Source: Felis catus (taxonomy: Eukaryota). Taken from it: DNA of 64,000 nucleotides. How positions within the stretch are numbered: position 1 is the first letter of the stretch; each line of letters begins with the position of its first letter. The notes beneath the pieces are model-generated. The model saw nothing but the letters and a program-made list of their open reading frames with translations, did not search any database and was not told the DNA's origin. The DNA is taken from NCBI RefSeq assembly GCF_018350175.1, contig NC_058368.1:126730001-126794000 (forward strand), in the 5' to 3' direction. Below are positions 24,511 through 37,512 of this stretch, in pieces. Position numbers and translations under genes: made by a program.

Positions 24511-25695
24511 CTAACTTGTACAAGAAAACATAGGCAATAATCTAATATCAGCCTTATCAACATATTTATGCATATGTTTCCTCAGGCAAGCCAAACAAAA
24601 TTAAAAAATGAATTATTGGGACTACACCAAAATAAAAAGCTTTTTCACACTCACCTAAACCATCAACAGAACAAAAAGGAAACCTACTAAATGACAGAAG
24701 ATACTTTCCAATGATATATCTGTAAAGGCCTAATAACCAATGTATATAAAGAACTACAACTCAACACCAAAAATACAAATAATCTTATTTTAAAAAAGGC
24801 AGAAAACCTGAATAGACATTTTTCCCAAGAAGACATACTGATAGCCAACAGAAAAATGAAGAGCTGCTCAATATCACTCATCATCAGGATTTGATACAAA
24901 TCAGAACCACAATGAGGTATCATCTCACACAAGTCAGAACAGCTAGTATTAAAACAAAGCATTAGTGAGAATGTAGAGAACAAGGATCTCTCATACACTG
25001 TGAAAGGGAATGTTAATTGGTGCAACAATTGTGGATATTCTTCAAGAAATTTAAAATAGAAATACAATATAATGCAATAATTCTATTACTGGGTATTTAC
25101 CCAAAGAAAATGAAAACAGTAATTTCAAAAGATATATGTACCCCTATATTTATTGCAGCCTTATTTACAATAGCCAAGATATGGAAGCAACCTGTGTCCA
25201 TAGATGCATAAATGGGCAAAGAAAATCTTAAAAAAATAATAACAATATTAATATTATTCTACCATACAGAGAATAAGATCTTGACATTTCCAACAACATG
25301 GATGGATCTAGATGTTATTATAAGTTATTTTAGTGAAATAGAGAAAGACGCCATATGATTTCACTTCTGTTTGGAATCTAAAAAAGAAAACGAAAACAAA
25401 AAAGGCAGAAATAGACACATCAATACAGAGAATTAATGGTTGCCAGGAGTGTAAGATAAGATGGAAAAATGGGTGAGTGGGAGGCACAGTCATCCAGTTA
25501 TGCAATGAGTAAGTTACCAGGATCAAAGGTAGCACATGGAGAAATACAGTCAATGATCCTATAATACTGTTATATGGTGACAAATGGTATCTACACTTGT
25601 GAGAGCATAGCATAATGTACAGAGGTATTTAATCATTAAGTTGTACACCGAGACTAATGTAACATTGTTCACCAACTATACTCCAATAAAAAAAT
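24511..25695 (+). mobile_element. 5'-truncated L1 (ORF2 end + 3'UTR) nested in the older L1
   Basis: ORF 25017-25211 has LLGIYPKKMKTVISKDICTPIFIAALFTIAKIWKQP. It ends ctccaataaaaaaa, after which the host's ORF2 endonuclease begins. Confidence 0.75.
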
Positions 25696-25754
25696 TAATG
25701 ACATTCAGTGGCTGAATGGGTAAAAAACAAACAAACAAACAAAAAAAAACCCTT

Positions 25755-25940
25755 GGGGCGCCTGGGTTGCTCAGTTGGTTAAGCACAACTCTTTATTTCA
25801 ACTCAGATCATGTTATCACAATTTGTGAGTTCAAGCCCCACATCAGGCTCTGCACTGTTGGTGAAGATTGAGATTCTCTCTCTGTCACTCCCCTTTTCAC
25901 ACAGACTTTATGTATCAAAATAAATAAATAAACATTAAAA
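25755..25940 (+). mobile_element. Can-SINE
   Basis: ggggcgcctgggttgctcag head and aaaataaataaataaacatt tail. Confidence 0.9.
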
Positions 25941-26759
25941 ATACCCAAGACCCATCACTATGCTGCTTACAAGAGACTCACCTCAAATATAAGGAGACCC
26001 ACAGACTGAAAGTGAAGGAAAGGAAAAAGATATTCCATTAACATAGAAACAAAAAGAAAGCTGGTTAGATGTACTTACATCAGACAAAATAAACTTTACA
26101 ACAAAGACTGTGATATAAGAAAAACAAGGGCATTATATAATGATAAAGGGGGTCAATCCAACAAAAGAATACATTTGTAAATATATATTACCCAACAAAA
26201 AACACCTCTACACATAAAGCAAATATTTACAGACCTAAAGGGAGAAACAGACCATGACACAAAAGTAGGAGTCATAACTTGCACCAATGGATAGATCATC
26301 CCAGTCAGAAAATCAATAAGGAAACATGAGCTGTAAATGACACATTAGACTAGATGGACTGAAAAGATATATAGAGAACAAATTCTGTCCAAAAGCAAAA
26401 GCTCATATATTCTTCTCAAGTGCAAATGGAGCATTCTCTAGGATAAATCATATTAGGCCACAAAATGAATCTTAAAAAATTTAGGAAGTTAGGAATCATA
26501 CCAATGATCTTTTCCAAACACAATGTTGTGAAACTGAAAATCATTTACAAATGAAAACTGACAAATCACAAATACGTGTAGATTAAACAACATACTAGTA
26601 AACAAACAATGAATCAAAAAAGATACCAAAAGAGAAATTTAAAAATGCAGTGAGTCTAATGGAAATACAACATACCAAAACTTATGAGTAGCAGCAAAAG
26701 AAGGTGTAGCAGGAAGTTCATAGTCATAAATGACTACATTAAGAATACTGATAAATCTT

Positions 26760-26965
26760 GGGGTACCTGGGTGGCTCAGTCGGTTAAGTGTCCGACTTCA
26801 GCTAAGGTCATGATCTCACAGTTGGTGAGTTTGAGCCCTGCGTCAGGTTCTGCTGACAGCTCAGAGCCTGGAGCCTGCTTCAGATTCTGGGTCTCCCTCA
26901 CTCTCCGCCCCTCCCCACTAACACTCTGTCTTTCTCTCAAAAATAAAAACAAAAAATTAAAAAAA
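26760..26965 (+). mobile_element. Can-SINE with TSD
   Basis: TSD is aagaatactgataaatct / aagaatattaataaatct. Confidence 0.93.
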
Positions 26966-28912
26966 AAGAATATTAATAAATCTCAAATGAACAACTTTAC
27001 TCCTCAAGAAACTAGAAAATGGGGGACAAATGAGGTCCAAAATTAGCAGAAGGAAGGAAATGACAATGATCAGAGATCAAAGAAATGAAACAGAGACTGA
27101 AGAGACAATAAAAAAGATAAACGAAACTAAGAGCAAAAATATAGAAGTGCCAAGCACTTAGTTAAACCCTTCAAGAAAAAAGGGCTACAATAAAATCAGA
27201 AATTAAAGAAGAGACATTATAACTGATACCACAAAAATACAAAGAATTTTTAGAGATTAATATGAAGAATTATAAACCCCCAAACTGGACAAGCTAGAAG
27301 AATTGGATGAATTCCTCAGATTACATAATTAACAACAATGACTCATGAAGAAATAGAAAATAGGAACAGACTGATTACTAGCAAGGAGTTTGAATCACTA
27401 ATCAAAATCTCCCAACAAACCAAAGTCCAAGAACATATAGGTTCTCTAGAGAATTACACAAATATTTAAAGGATAGTACCAATTATTCTCAAGCTCTACA
27501 AAAAAAAAAAAAAAAGAAAAGAAAACCCTTCCAAATGATATTACAAGACTAGCATAATAATGATACCAAAACCAGACACAGGCAAGACACACACAAACAC
27601 ACACACACACAAATTAAGGGCCAATATCTTGATAAACATAAGATACAAAAATTCTCAACAAAGTATTAGCAAGCAAAATTCACCAATATATTAAAATACT
27701 TTTACACCAAGATCAAGTGGGATTTATTCCAGGGATGAAGAATGGTTCAACACCCACAAATCAATGTGATGTGCCACACTAACAAAAAGAGGGGTAAAAG
27801 TCAGAAGATAAATTCAATACACAGAGAAAAAAAGCATTTGACAAAATTCAACATGCATTTAGGATAAAAATTCTCAACAGTGTGGGTATAGAGTCAATGT
27901 AACACAATATAGTAAAAGCCATACATGATAAACTGATAGCTAACAATGCATACAATGGTGACAAGCTGAAAGATAAGGAAAAAAACAATGATGACTACTC
28001 TAAGCGCTGTTAACCAACATAGTACTCGAGGTCCTGGCCAGAACATTTAGGCAAGAAAAATAAAAGGCATCCAAATTGGAAAGGAAGAGCGTCACAATTT
28101 GCACATGACATAATATTATATATAGAAAATCCTCAAGATTCTCCAAAAAACCCTATAAATGAATGCAATAAGTTTGTAGGATACAAATACCACTATACAA
28201 ACATCTGTTGGGTTTCTATCCACTAACAACAAACTCTCAAAAAGAGGTTAGTTAAACCATCTCATTTACTATTGTATCAAAAAGAATACCTAGGAATAAA
28301 TTTAACTAAGGAGGTCAAAGACCTGTACTCTGAAAACTAGAAAACATTCATTAAATAAACTGAAGAAGATACAAACAAATGGGAAGATATTCCATGCTTA
28401 TTAATTGGAATAATATTGTTAAAATGCCCATATTAACCAAGCATAATCCCCAATTTAGTGGATCAAATTATTATCACAATTTGAATGGCATTTTTCACAG
28501 AAATAGAATAGACCTATGACTTGCATGGAATCACAAAAGACCCCAAATAGTCAAAGCAATCATAAAAAGATCACAACTGGAGGCATCACACACTTCCTAA
28601 TTTCAAACTATATTATAAAATTATAGTAATCAAAATAGTATTGACATAAAAAACAAACACATAGATCATTAGAAGACACTTTAGAGTCCTGAAATAAACC
28701 TGTGCACAAATCTTCCATTTATGACACAAGAACCAAGAATATGCAATGTTAAAAAGACTGTCTCCCCAATAATGGTTGGAAAATAGGATAACCACATGCT
28801 AAAACATAGAACTGAACCACTTTCTTACACCATACACAAAAAGAAATTCTAAATTGATTAAACATGTGAATATAAGACCTGAACCCATGAAACTCTTGGA
28901 AGAAACATAGGC

Positions 28913-29145
28913 GGGGCACCTGGGTGGCTCAGTTGGTTAAGCGTCTGACTCTTGATTTCAGCTCAGGTCATGATCTCACAGCTCATGGTTTCAAGACCCT
29001 TGTTGGGGTGTGTGCTGACAGCAAAGAGTCTACTTGGGATTTTTTCTCTTCTCTCTCTCCTCCCTTTTTCCTTCCTGCCCTCTCCCTGCCTCTCTCTGTG
29101 CTCACCACCCCCTTCTCTCAAAATAAATAAACATTTTTTTTAGAA
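28913..29145 (+). mobile_element. Can-SINE with perfect 13-bp TSD
   Basis: aagaaacataggc at 28900-28912 and 29146-29158. Confidence 0.95.
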
Positions 29146-29775
29146 AAGAAACATAGGCAATGCATTCCTTGACATTGATTTGGTCCTAGTGATGACTTTT
29201 TAAGTATGATTCCAAAATCAACTAAAGCAAAAACAAACACAGGGCTATATTCAAATAAAAAGCTTCTACAGACCAAAAGAAATCAACAAAATGGAAAGGC
29301 AACCTACTGCATGGGAGAAATTATGTGTTGATCTTATATTTGAGAAGACACTAATATGCAAAATATATAAAAACACTCTTACAACTCAGTACCCTTCACT
29401 GAAAAAATTTGGATTAAAAAATGGGCAGAGGATCTGAATAGAATTTTTTCCCAAAGAAGATACACAGATGACCAAAAGGTATATGAAAAAAGATGTTCAG
29501 CATTACTAATGATCAGGAAAATGTAAATTAAAACTACAAGGTATGCGATATTACCTTATACCTGTGAGAATGACTATTATCAAAAGGACAAGAAATAATT
29601 GGTGTTGGTGAGGATATGGAGAAAAGGGAACCCTTGTGCACTGTTGGTGGGAATGTAAATTGGTGCAGGCACTGTGGAAAACAATGTGGAGTTTCCCCCC
29701 AAATTAGAACTACCATATGATTCAGCAACTCCATTTCTGGGTATTTACCCCAAAAAAACCAAAAACACTAATTTG

Positions 29776-30000
29776 GGGGGTGCTTGGGTGGCGCAATTGG
29801 TTAAGCATCCGACTGTTGATCTCAGCTCAGGTCATGATCTCACAGTTCATGCCTTCAAGGCCAGCATTAGGCTCTGCACTGATGGCACAGAGCCTGTTTG
29901 GGATTCTGTCTCTCCTTTTCTCTGCCCCTACCCTGCCTGTTCCCCCTCTCTCCCCTTCTCCTCTCTCTCTCTCAAAATAAATAAACTTAAAAATTCTTTA
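29776..30000 (+). mobile_element. Can-SINE
   Basis: gggggtgcttgggtggcgca head, with actaatttg repeated on both flanks. Confidence 0.92.
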
Positions 30001-30090
30001 AAAACCCTACTAATTTGAAAAGATATATGCACATTCATGTTCACTGCAACATTAAAAAATCCTGTGTTCACCAATGGATAAACAAAAACA

Positions 30091-30124
<34 letters not shown>

Positions 30125-31128
30125 GGTGTGTGTGTGTTTATGATGAAAAATTATTCAGCCATTAAAAAAAAGCAAAGCATGCCATTGCAATTTGCAACAT
30201 GGATGGACTTTGAGAACATTACATTAAGTGAAGTAAGAGCAAGATAAATACTTTTGATCTTAGGTGATTGTGGCACCAGTGGCCGTGACACTAGTAATCC
30301 TTTTAGCAGAGGATAAAATCAAAGTGGCAGGTGAAATTCTGAAAGGTGACACAGCCTGCAGCTGGAGGGTCCTGTGCTCTTCAGCAACACCCACGTGTCT
30401 GAGGAAAGACCTTCATGATTTGGGGGAGGGAAAAGAATGATAACAAGGCAGACAAGAAGAACAGGGAGAACATGTTTTTTATAACTGGTCCCAGGGTTTC
30501 AGCAAGAGGTCCAAGGTCAAACGTCTGGAACTATTCCATTCAAGGATCCCCCTACTGGGCCATAGGCACATCAAAAGTCCCACACCTCCTCCAGCTCTGT
30601 TTCCAATTTTTTTTAACACCCGCTTTTTTTTTTTTTTAATTAAAACAGGCTTGATCTCAACTTTAACAAGGAGTTGGCTCAAGAGAAACCGAAACCTTGG
30701 GTTATATCGCCACCTTGTGGAAAACAAAAGAAGGACTTCTAACTGCCAAACTGTTCAACTGTTAAATCACGTAAAATGATGTAAAAGCATTATCTACTTC
30801 CAGCGTGGCAGTAGAGACACATTTCATCAAGCACTCTCAAAAATTATAGGAATATGGTACTGCAAAAAGAAACTGACAATTCTCCAGCAATTGAACTAAA
30901 ATATATGGAATTGTGTAATCTATCTGATAAAGACTTCAAAATACCTGTTATGAAGAAATTCAACAAGCTGCAAGAAAACCCAAGAAGACTATCAAATGAA
31001 TTCAGGAATAAAATTAATGAACAGAAGAAATTATTTACTAGATTTTCAAATTCTAAAAGAGAAACTAACCAAAATTCTAAAGCTAAAGAAATCAAAGAGT
31101 GAGGTTAAGAATACTTTAGAAATTACTG

Positions 31129-31335
31129 GAGGGTACTTGGTTGGTTCAGTTGGTTGAGCATCCGACTCTTGATTTCATCTCAGGTCATAACCTTCAAGTT
31201 CATGGGATCAAGCCTCACATGTGGCTCTGTCCTGACAGCACAGACCCTGCTTGGGATTCTTTCTCTCTCTCTCTTTCTCTCTCTGTCCCTCCCCTGCTCC
31301 TTCATTCTCTCTCTCTCTCTCTCAAAATAAATAAA
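31129..31335 (+). mobile_element. Can-SINE
   Basis: SINE head and CT tract; flanks are tagaaattactg / tagaaagcactg. Confidence 0.9.
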
Positions 31336-32558
31336 TAGAAAGCACTGAAAATATAGCAGATTAAGGGGAAGAGAGAAGAAGAAATCGTAAGATAGGAACA
31401 AGACATTAGTCAGGTTAGAGGAGAGAAGATAACTAAGTTTTTTTTTTTTCCGAAGTCAAGAAACCCTCTGAGAGTTATCAAACTCCATTAGAAAAACCAG
31501 AATAATCTTATACCAGATGGAGAAGAGTGGGAGAAATGGACAGAGAGTTTTCTTAAAGCAATAGTAACAACGAATTTCACAGACTTAGGGGAGCAAATGG
31601 ACATAAGAAGCTAATATAACACTTATCACCTCAGAACAAAAAGACTTTTTCCAATACATTATGATGAAACTGTCAAAATCTGTGATAAAGAATTGTAAAA
31701 ACAAGAAAAATAGACAGTATCCTACAAAAGAAACCCTATTAGGGTATCAGCAGATTTCTCAGGAGAAATTCCACAGGCCAGAATAGAGTTGGAATGACAT
31801 AACCAAGTGTTGAAAGAAAAATTGCTAGCCAAAAATACTCTATGTAGTGAAGTTATCCTTCAGAAATAAAGGAGAAATAAAGGCTTTCCCAGACAAACAA
31901 ATCTGAGGGAGTTTATGATCTCTAAATCTGTTAAAAGAAACCTTGAAAGCGGCTCTTTAAGTTAAAAAAAAATTGAAAAACTCTGTTAATGTGAACACTA
32001 GCCAGAATTAGAAAACTTTAACTGTTTTAGAACAGATCATTTAACCATTATGCTATAATTAAGCACTTAAGAGAAGAAAAGCATAAAAATTATAACTACA
32101 ATTTTGTAACCAATTCATAAAATACAATAAATTTGACAGCAAAAAAAAAAACAAAAGAGGAGGAAAAAGTGGAAGGAACCATTATAGGCAAAGGAAGATA
32201 AAATGCTATCACCAGAAAAAATAACTGTTTTATTTAAGAGATGTTGTATGTAAACCTCAAGGTAACCACAAAGCAAAAATCTATAGCAGAGACCTAAAAC
32301 ATGAAAGGGGGGCCGGGGGTATTGAGCCAGTCACCATAGAAAATCATCAAGTTACAAAGGCCAACACAACCAGAAGGTAAGAGAAACATCAGAGATAGGA
32401 AATAACCAGAAGGCACAAGATAAAATGGCAGTAGCAAGTCCTTACATCAATAATCTCTGTAAACCCAAATGATTTGAACTCAGTAATCAAAAAGCACACA
32501 GTGGCTAGATGGGTAAAAAACAACATCCATTTATATGGTGCATAAAAGAGATTTATTT

Positions 32559-32780
32559 TGGCAGCACCTGGATGACTCAGTTGATTAAGTGTCTAGCTCT
32601 TAAGTTCAGCTCAGGTCATACATCTCACACTTTACGAGTGTGAGTCCCATGTTGGGTTCTGTGCTGACAGTTTGGAGCCTGCTTGGGATTCTGTCTTTTC
32701 TTCTCTCCCTGCCCCACCCCTACTCATTATGTGCTTGCTTGCTCTCTCTCTCTCTCAAAATAAACAAACTTAAAAAAAAT
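32559..32780 (+). mobile_element. Can-SINE
   Basis: SINE head and CT tract; both flanks end in attttggc. Confidence 0.9.
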
Positions 32781-33215
32781 ATAGAAAGACTCATTTTGGC
32801 TCTGAAGACACACATAAGTTCAAAATGAAGGGATGGAAGATATTCCAGGCACATAAAAACCAAAATAAAGTGGGCCAGCTTAACTTAAAATCGATTTCAT
32901 GCCAAAAATGGCAATGAGAGAAAAAAAATTGTATTATAAAACAGAGGTCAATACCTCAATAAGACAAAACACTCGTAAGTATGTATGCTCCTAAGACTCA
33001 AGCACCAAAAATATATTAAGCAAATACTAACAGACATAATGGAGAAAGAGACAGTATAGTAAGAGAATATTTCAATGCCCCACTATTAACAATGGATAGA
33101 TCAGACAGAAAATGATCAAGGACATATTGGAAATGAACCACACTTTAGAACAAATGGCCTTAACAGACATATCCAGAACATTCTTTCCATAAACAGCACA
33201 ATACATATTCTTCTT

Positions 33216-36200
33216 GGGGGGAGGTGATTAAGATTGCAGAGTAGGACGATCCTGAGCTCACTTCCTTCCAAAGACAAAACAAATCTGTAACTACATATGA
33301 AAAACTACTTCTGAAAACTAACTGAAAACTAGCTGAACAGATTTTACTACAACAAAAGATTTAAAGAAAAAGCCAAACCAAGATGAGTAGGAAGAGCAGA
33401 CCCACAGTCTAGTCAGGATCCAAACCCCTGAAGCAGGAGGGATATCACCAAAGAGGCCCTCCTTGAGGAACAAAGAGTTAAGCTCCATTCGGGGCTCCCC
33501 AGCCCAGAAAACTTGCACCAGAAAGAAAAGCCCCCATATCTGACTTTGAAAACCAGCAGAACTTATGTCCTCTGAAGCCAGAGGGGGCGTTAGGAAACCA
33601 ACACTCTGCTCTTAAAGGGCATACGCATAGTCTCACTCCCTTCAAGTCCCAGCACAGAGACAGCAGTTTGAAAACTCCCTGGATTACAAGTGAACAAGAT
33701 CCATGGACTAATTTTAGGCTATGTGCCTGAGGGTCAGGGATCTCTTGGAAAGTTCTGCAGGGATAGAAATGCTGGTGGATACGTTCTTTTTATCACTTTC
33801 ATTCTACCAAGCCAACCAATCCTGGTGGAAGATATTTCTGACACTCTCCATCTACTGTGCTAGTACTGCTCACCCTTACCCTGGTATGTCTCTGACAAGT
33901 CATCCCACCACAACTGTCAACCCAGCCAGTGTCCCTCCCAAGTGGCCCTCCATTTTGCCACATCCAGGTGCTGACCTTGACCAGTACCAGTATTGCCTCA
34001 AGAAGCCCTCATCCTAAAGCATGGAGGGAGCTTCACACTCTAAAGTGCCCACAACAGTCACATACAGGCCTCATGGCCAGCCATGCCAGTGTCAACACTG
34101 TAGAACTTCACTCTATAGGAGTTCCAGCTGGACCTCCCCTAGAAAATGAGTTGGGACCAGTCACACTTACCAGCACACCCATGGCAATTTCAGTCCATTC
34201 CCATAGGTAGTCACAGTGAGGGACAACCCCACACACTAAATGGAGCCCAGAACAGGAGTTGCACACAGCCCACACGGAGGCTTCTCCTGAGGCATCTGGC
34301 TTGTTTGGCCAGTGAGGTTTGTGTCTTTGAGCCCCCCAGGATATCTTCTGCATAAAGCTACCTCTTCAAGATTAAGAGATGTAGATAATATACCCAATAC
34401 ACAGAAAAAAACCCAGGGAATTAAAAAAAAATGAGGACACAGTGGAATATATTCCAAATGAATACAAGATAAAACCTCAGAAAAAGAGTAAAATGAAATG
34501 GAAATAACCCACAAGATAAAAATTTCAAAAAAGGTCAAAGATGTTCACTGAACTCACGAGAATAGATGAACACAGTGAGAACCTTCAAAGATGCAGAAAA
34601 GATTTAAAAAAAAAAACAGAGTTGAAGAATAAATGTAATAAGTGAAACAAAAAATATACCAGATGGAATTAACATCAGACTAGATGATGCAGGAGAATAG
34701 ATCAGTGACCTAAAACACAGGATAGTGGAATTACCAAAACAGGACAGTAATAGCAAAAAGAATCAATAGAAATGAGAGCCGTGTGAGGGACACTTAGGAC
34801 CATATTAAGCACAACATGCACATTGTACAGGTCCAAGTAAAGGAAGAGAGAAAGGAATGGACAGAAACCGTTATTTGAAGAAATAATGGCTGAAAACTTT
34901 CTTAACCTGGTGAAGGAAACATATATTTAATTCCAGGAATCAGAGACTCCCAAATATAATGGAACCCACACAAGACTCATTATAATCAATGTGTCAATAG
35001 TTAAAGATTAAAAGAAATCTTAAAACATCAAAAGATAAACCAGTTACATACAGAAAAACTTTGTTGAGGTTATCAACTGATTTCTCAGAAGAACAAGCCA
35101 GAAGAAAATAGCATGATATATTCACAATGCTGTAAAAAAAAAAAAAAAATGCAACAAGAAATTCTCTACTTTTCAAGGTTGTCACTCAGAATTGAAGAGA
35201 TAAGGGGTTTCCCAGACTAGCAAACATAGAAGGTGTTCATCACCACCAAACCTGCATTATAAGAAATGTTAAAGAAACTTCTTCACAAAGAAAAGGCCTT
35301 AACCAGAAATACAAAATTAAGAAAGAAATAAATCTTACTGGTAAAGGTCAACGTATGGTGAAGATACTGGATAAACCACCTACATAGCTAGTAATAAGGT
35401 TAAAAGACAAAAGTAACAAAATTTCATAGACCTAAAATAATTAGTTAAGGATATACAAAATGATAGAATGTAAAATAGAACATCAAAAACCTGAGAGTTG
35501 GGGGAGGGAAGTAAATACGTAGTGCTTTTAGGATGTGTTTGAACTTAAGCAACAATCAACTTAAAATAGACTGTTATACACATACAATGTTATATATGAT
35601 CCTTATGGTAACCACAAACCCAAAACCTGTAACAGATACCCAAAAAATAAAGGAAAAAGAAAGTCTAATACTAAACAAGATTACCTAGTCACATGCAAAG
35701 AGAGCAAAAGAAAAAGGAAAAAGAGAAGAAATGAAAAAGAACCACAAAAAAAAATCAACAGAACCAAGTATGTATCTATCAATTATTACTTTAAATATAA
35801 GTGGACTAAATGCTCCAATCAAAAGACGTAGGGTAGCTGCATAGATAAAAGAAACTAACATAAATGCTGTTTTAAGAGAGTCACTTCAGATCTAAAGACA
35901 AAGAGACTCAAAGTGGAGGGATGCAAAAAACTTTTTCATGAAATGGAAGCAATAAGATGGAAAAAAATCTAGGAGAGCCATATTTATACCAGAGAAATAG
36001 ACTTTAAAACAACTTTTATAAGAAGGAACAAAGTAGGTCATTACATAATGATAAAAGGATAAATCCGCCAAGAGAATATAACATTTGTAAATGTACACAT
36101 GCCCAACATAGGAGTACCTATATACAAAAAGCAATAAAACTAGACATAAAGGAAGAAATTGATAAAGTAATAGTTGAGGACTTTAACACCCCACTTATGT

Positions 36201-37465
36201 CAATGGATAGATCATCCAGACAGGAAATAAATGAGAAAATATTGGTTTTAAACAACACATTAGATAGGTTTACAGATATATAGAAAGCATTCCATCCAAA
36301 AAGCAGCAGAATACACATTCTTTTTAAGTGCATGTGTAACATTTTCCAGGATAGATCACATGTTAGGCTACAAAACAGGTCTCCATCAGGCTAAGAAGAT
36401 GAAAATCATATCAAGCAACTTTCCCAACTACAACACTACGAAACTAGATATACGATTCAAGAAAAAAACTGGAAAAACAAAAACATTGGGAGGTGCAACA
36501 CATACTACATTACAACAAATGACTCAATGAAGAAATCAAAGAAGAAATCAAAATACGTTGAGAAAAATAAAAATGGAAACATTTCAAAACTTGTTCTGCG
36601 AGGGACATTTATAGTAATGCAAGCCTACCTCAGGAAACAAGACAAATCTCTACCAATCTAAGCTTACACATTACACCTAAAAGAACTTAAAAAAAAGTGC
36701 ATAGAAGGAAGTAAAGATGAGAGCAAAAAAAATAGAACACAAAACATACAAAAATAAAAGTATTAATGAAATGAAAAGCTGGATGTTTGAAAAGATGAAC
36801 AAAACTTGTAACACTCTAACTAGATTAAGAAAAAAAGACACATGGTCCACATATGAAGTGAAAAAGGAGAAGTTACAAATAATACCACAGAAATACAAAG
36901 GTTTGTAAAAGACTATTACAGACACTTACATGGCAACAAATGGGAAAACCTAGAAGAAAAGGATAAATACCTAGAAATATATAATCATCTGAGAATGAAT
37001 CAAGATGAAATAGAAAATCTTAAAAGATCATTTACTGTTGTGAGATTGATTTAGTAACTAAAAAACTACCCCAATGAACTAAAGTCTAGGTGCAGATGGC
37101 TTCACAGGTCAATTCTACCAAAAATTTAAAAAGACTGAATACCTAGACTTCATAAACTATTCTAAAAATTAAAAAATGAAAAAAGAGTGTCTGGTTGGCT
37201 CAGACAGTTGAGCTGACTCTTGTTTTTAGCTCATTTTATGATCCCAGGGTTATGGAATCAAGCCCTATGTTGGGCTCCATGCTGAGCACAGAGTCTGCTT
37301 AAGATTCTCTCTCTCTTTCTGCCCCTCTCATCCACTTGCACTCTATAAAATAAAAAATATATAAAATAAATTCAAAAGCAAGGGATGCTTCCAAACTGAT
37401 CTCACAAGACCAACATTACCTTGATGCCAAATCCAAAGGCAACACACGCATGCATGTGCACGTAT

Positions 37466-37512
<47 letters not shown>

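Larger units (their letters stand above)
21573..30265 (+). mobile_element. Near-full-length old LINE-1 (5'UTR, ORF1, ORF2), carrying 5 SINEs and one truncated L1; terminal 3'UTR missing
   Basis: CAAGATGG 5' end at 21583, ORF1-like sequence 23530-24400, and ORF2 endonuclease to C-terminus 25700-30050. Confidence 0.85.
30775..33215 (+). mobile_element. Old LINE-1 (ORF1, spacer, ORF2 endonuclease) lacking its 5'UTR
   Basis: ORF 30854-31102 (NSPAIELKYMELCNLSDKDFKIPVMKKFNKLQEN) is an L1 ORF1 N-terminus. Endonuclease sequence runs to 33215. Confidence 0.8.
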
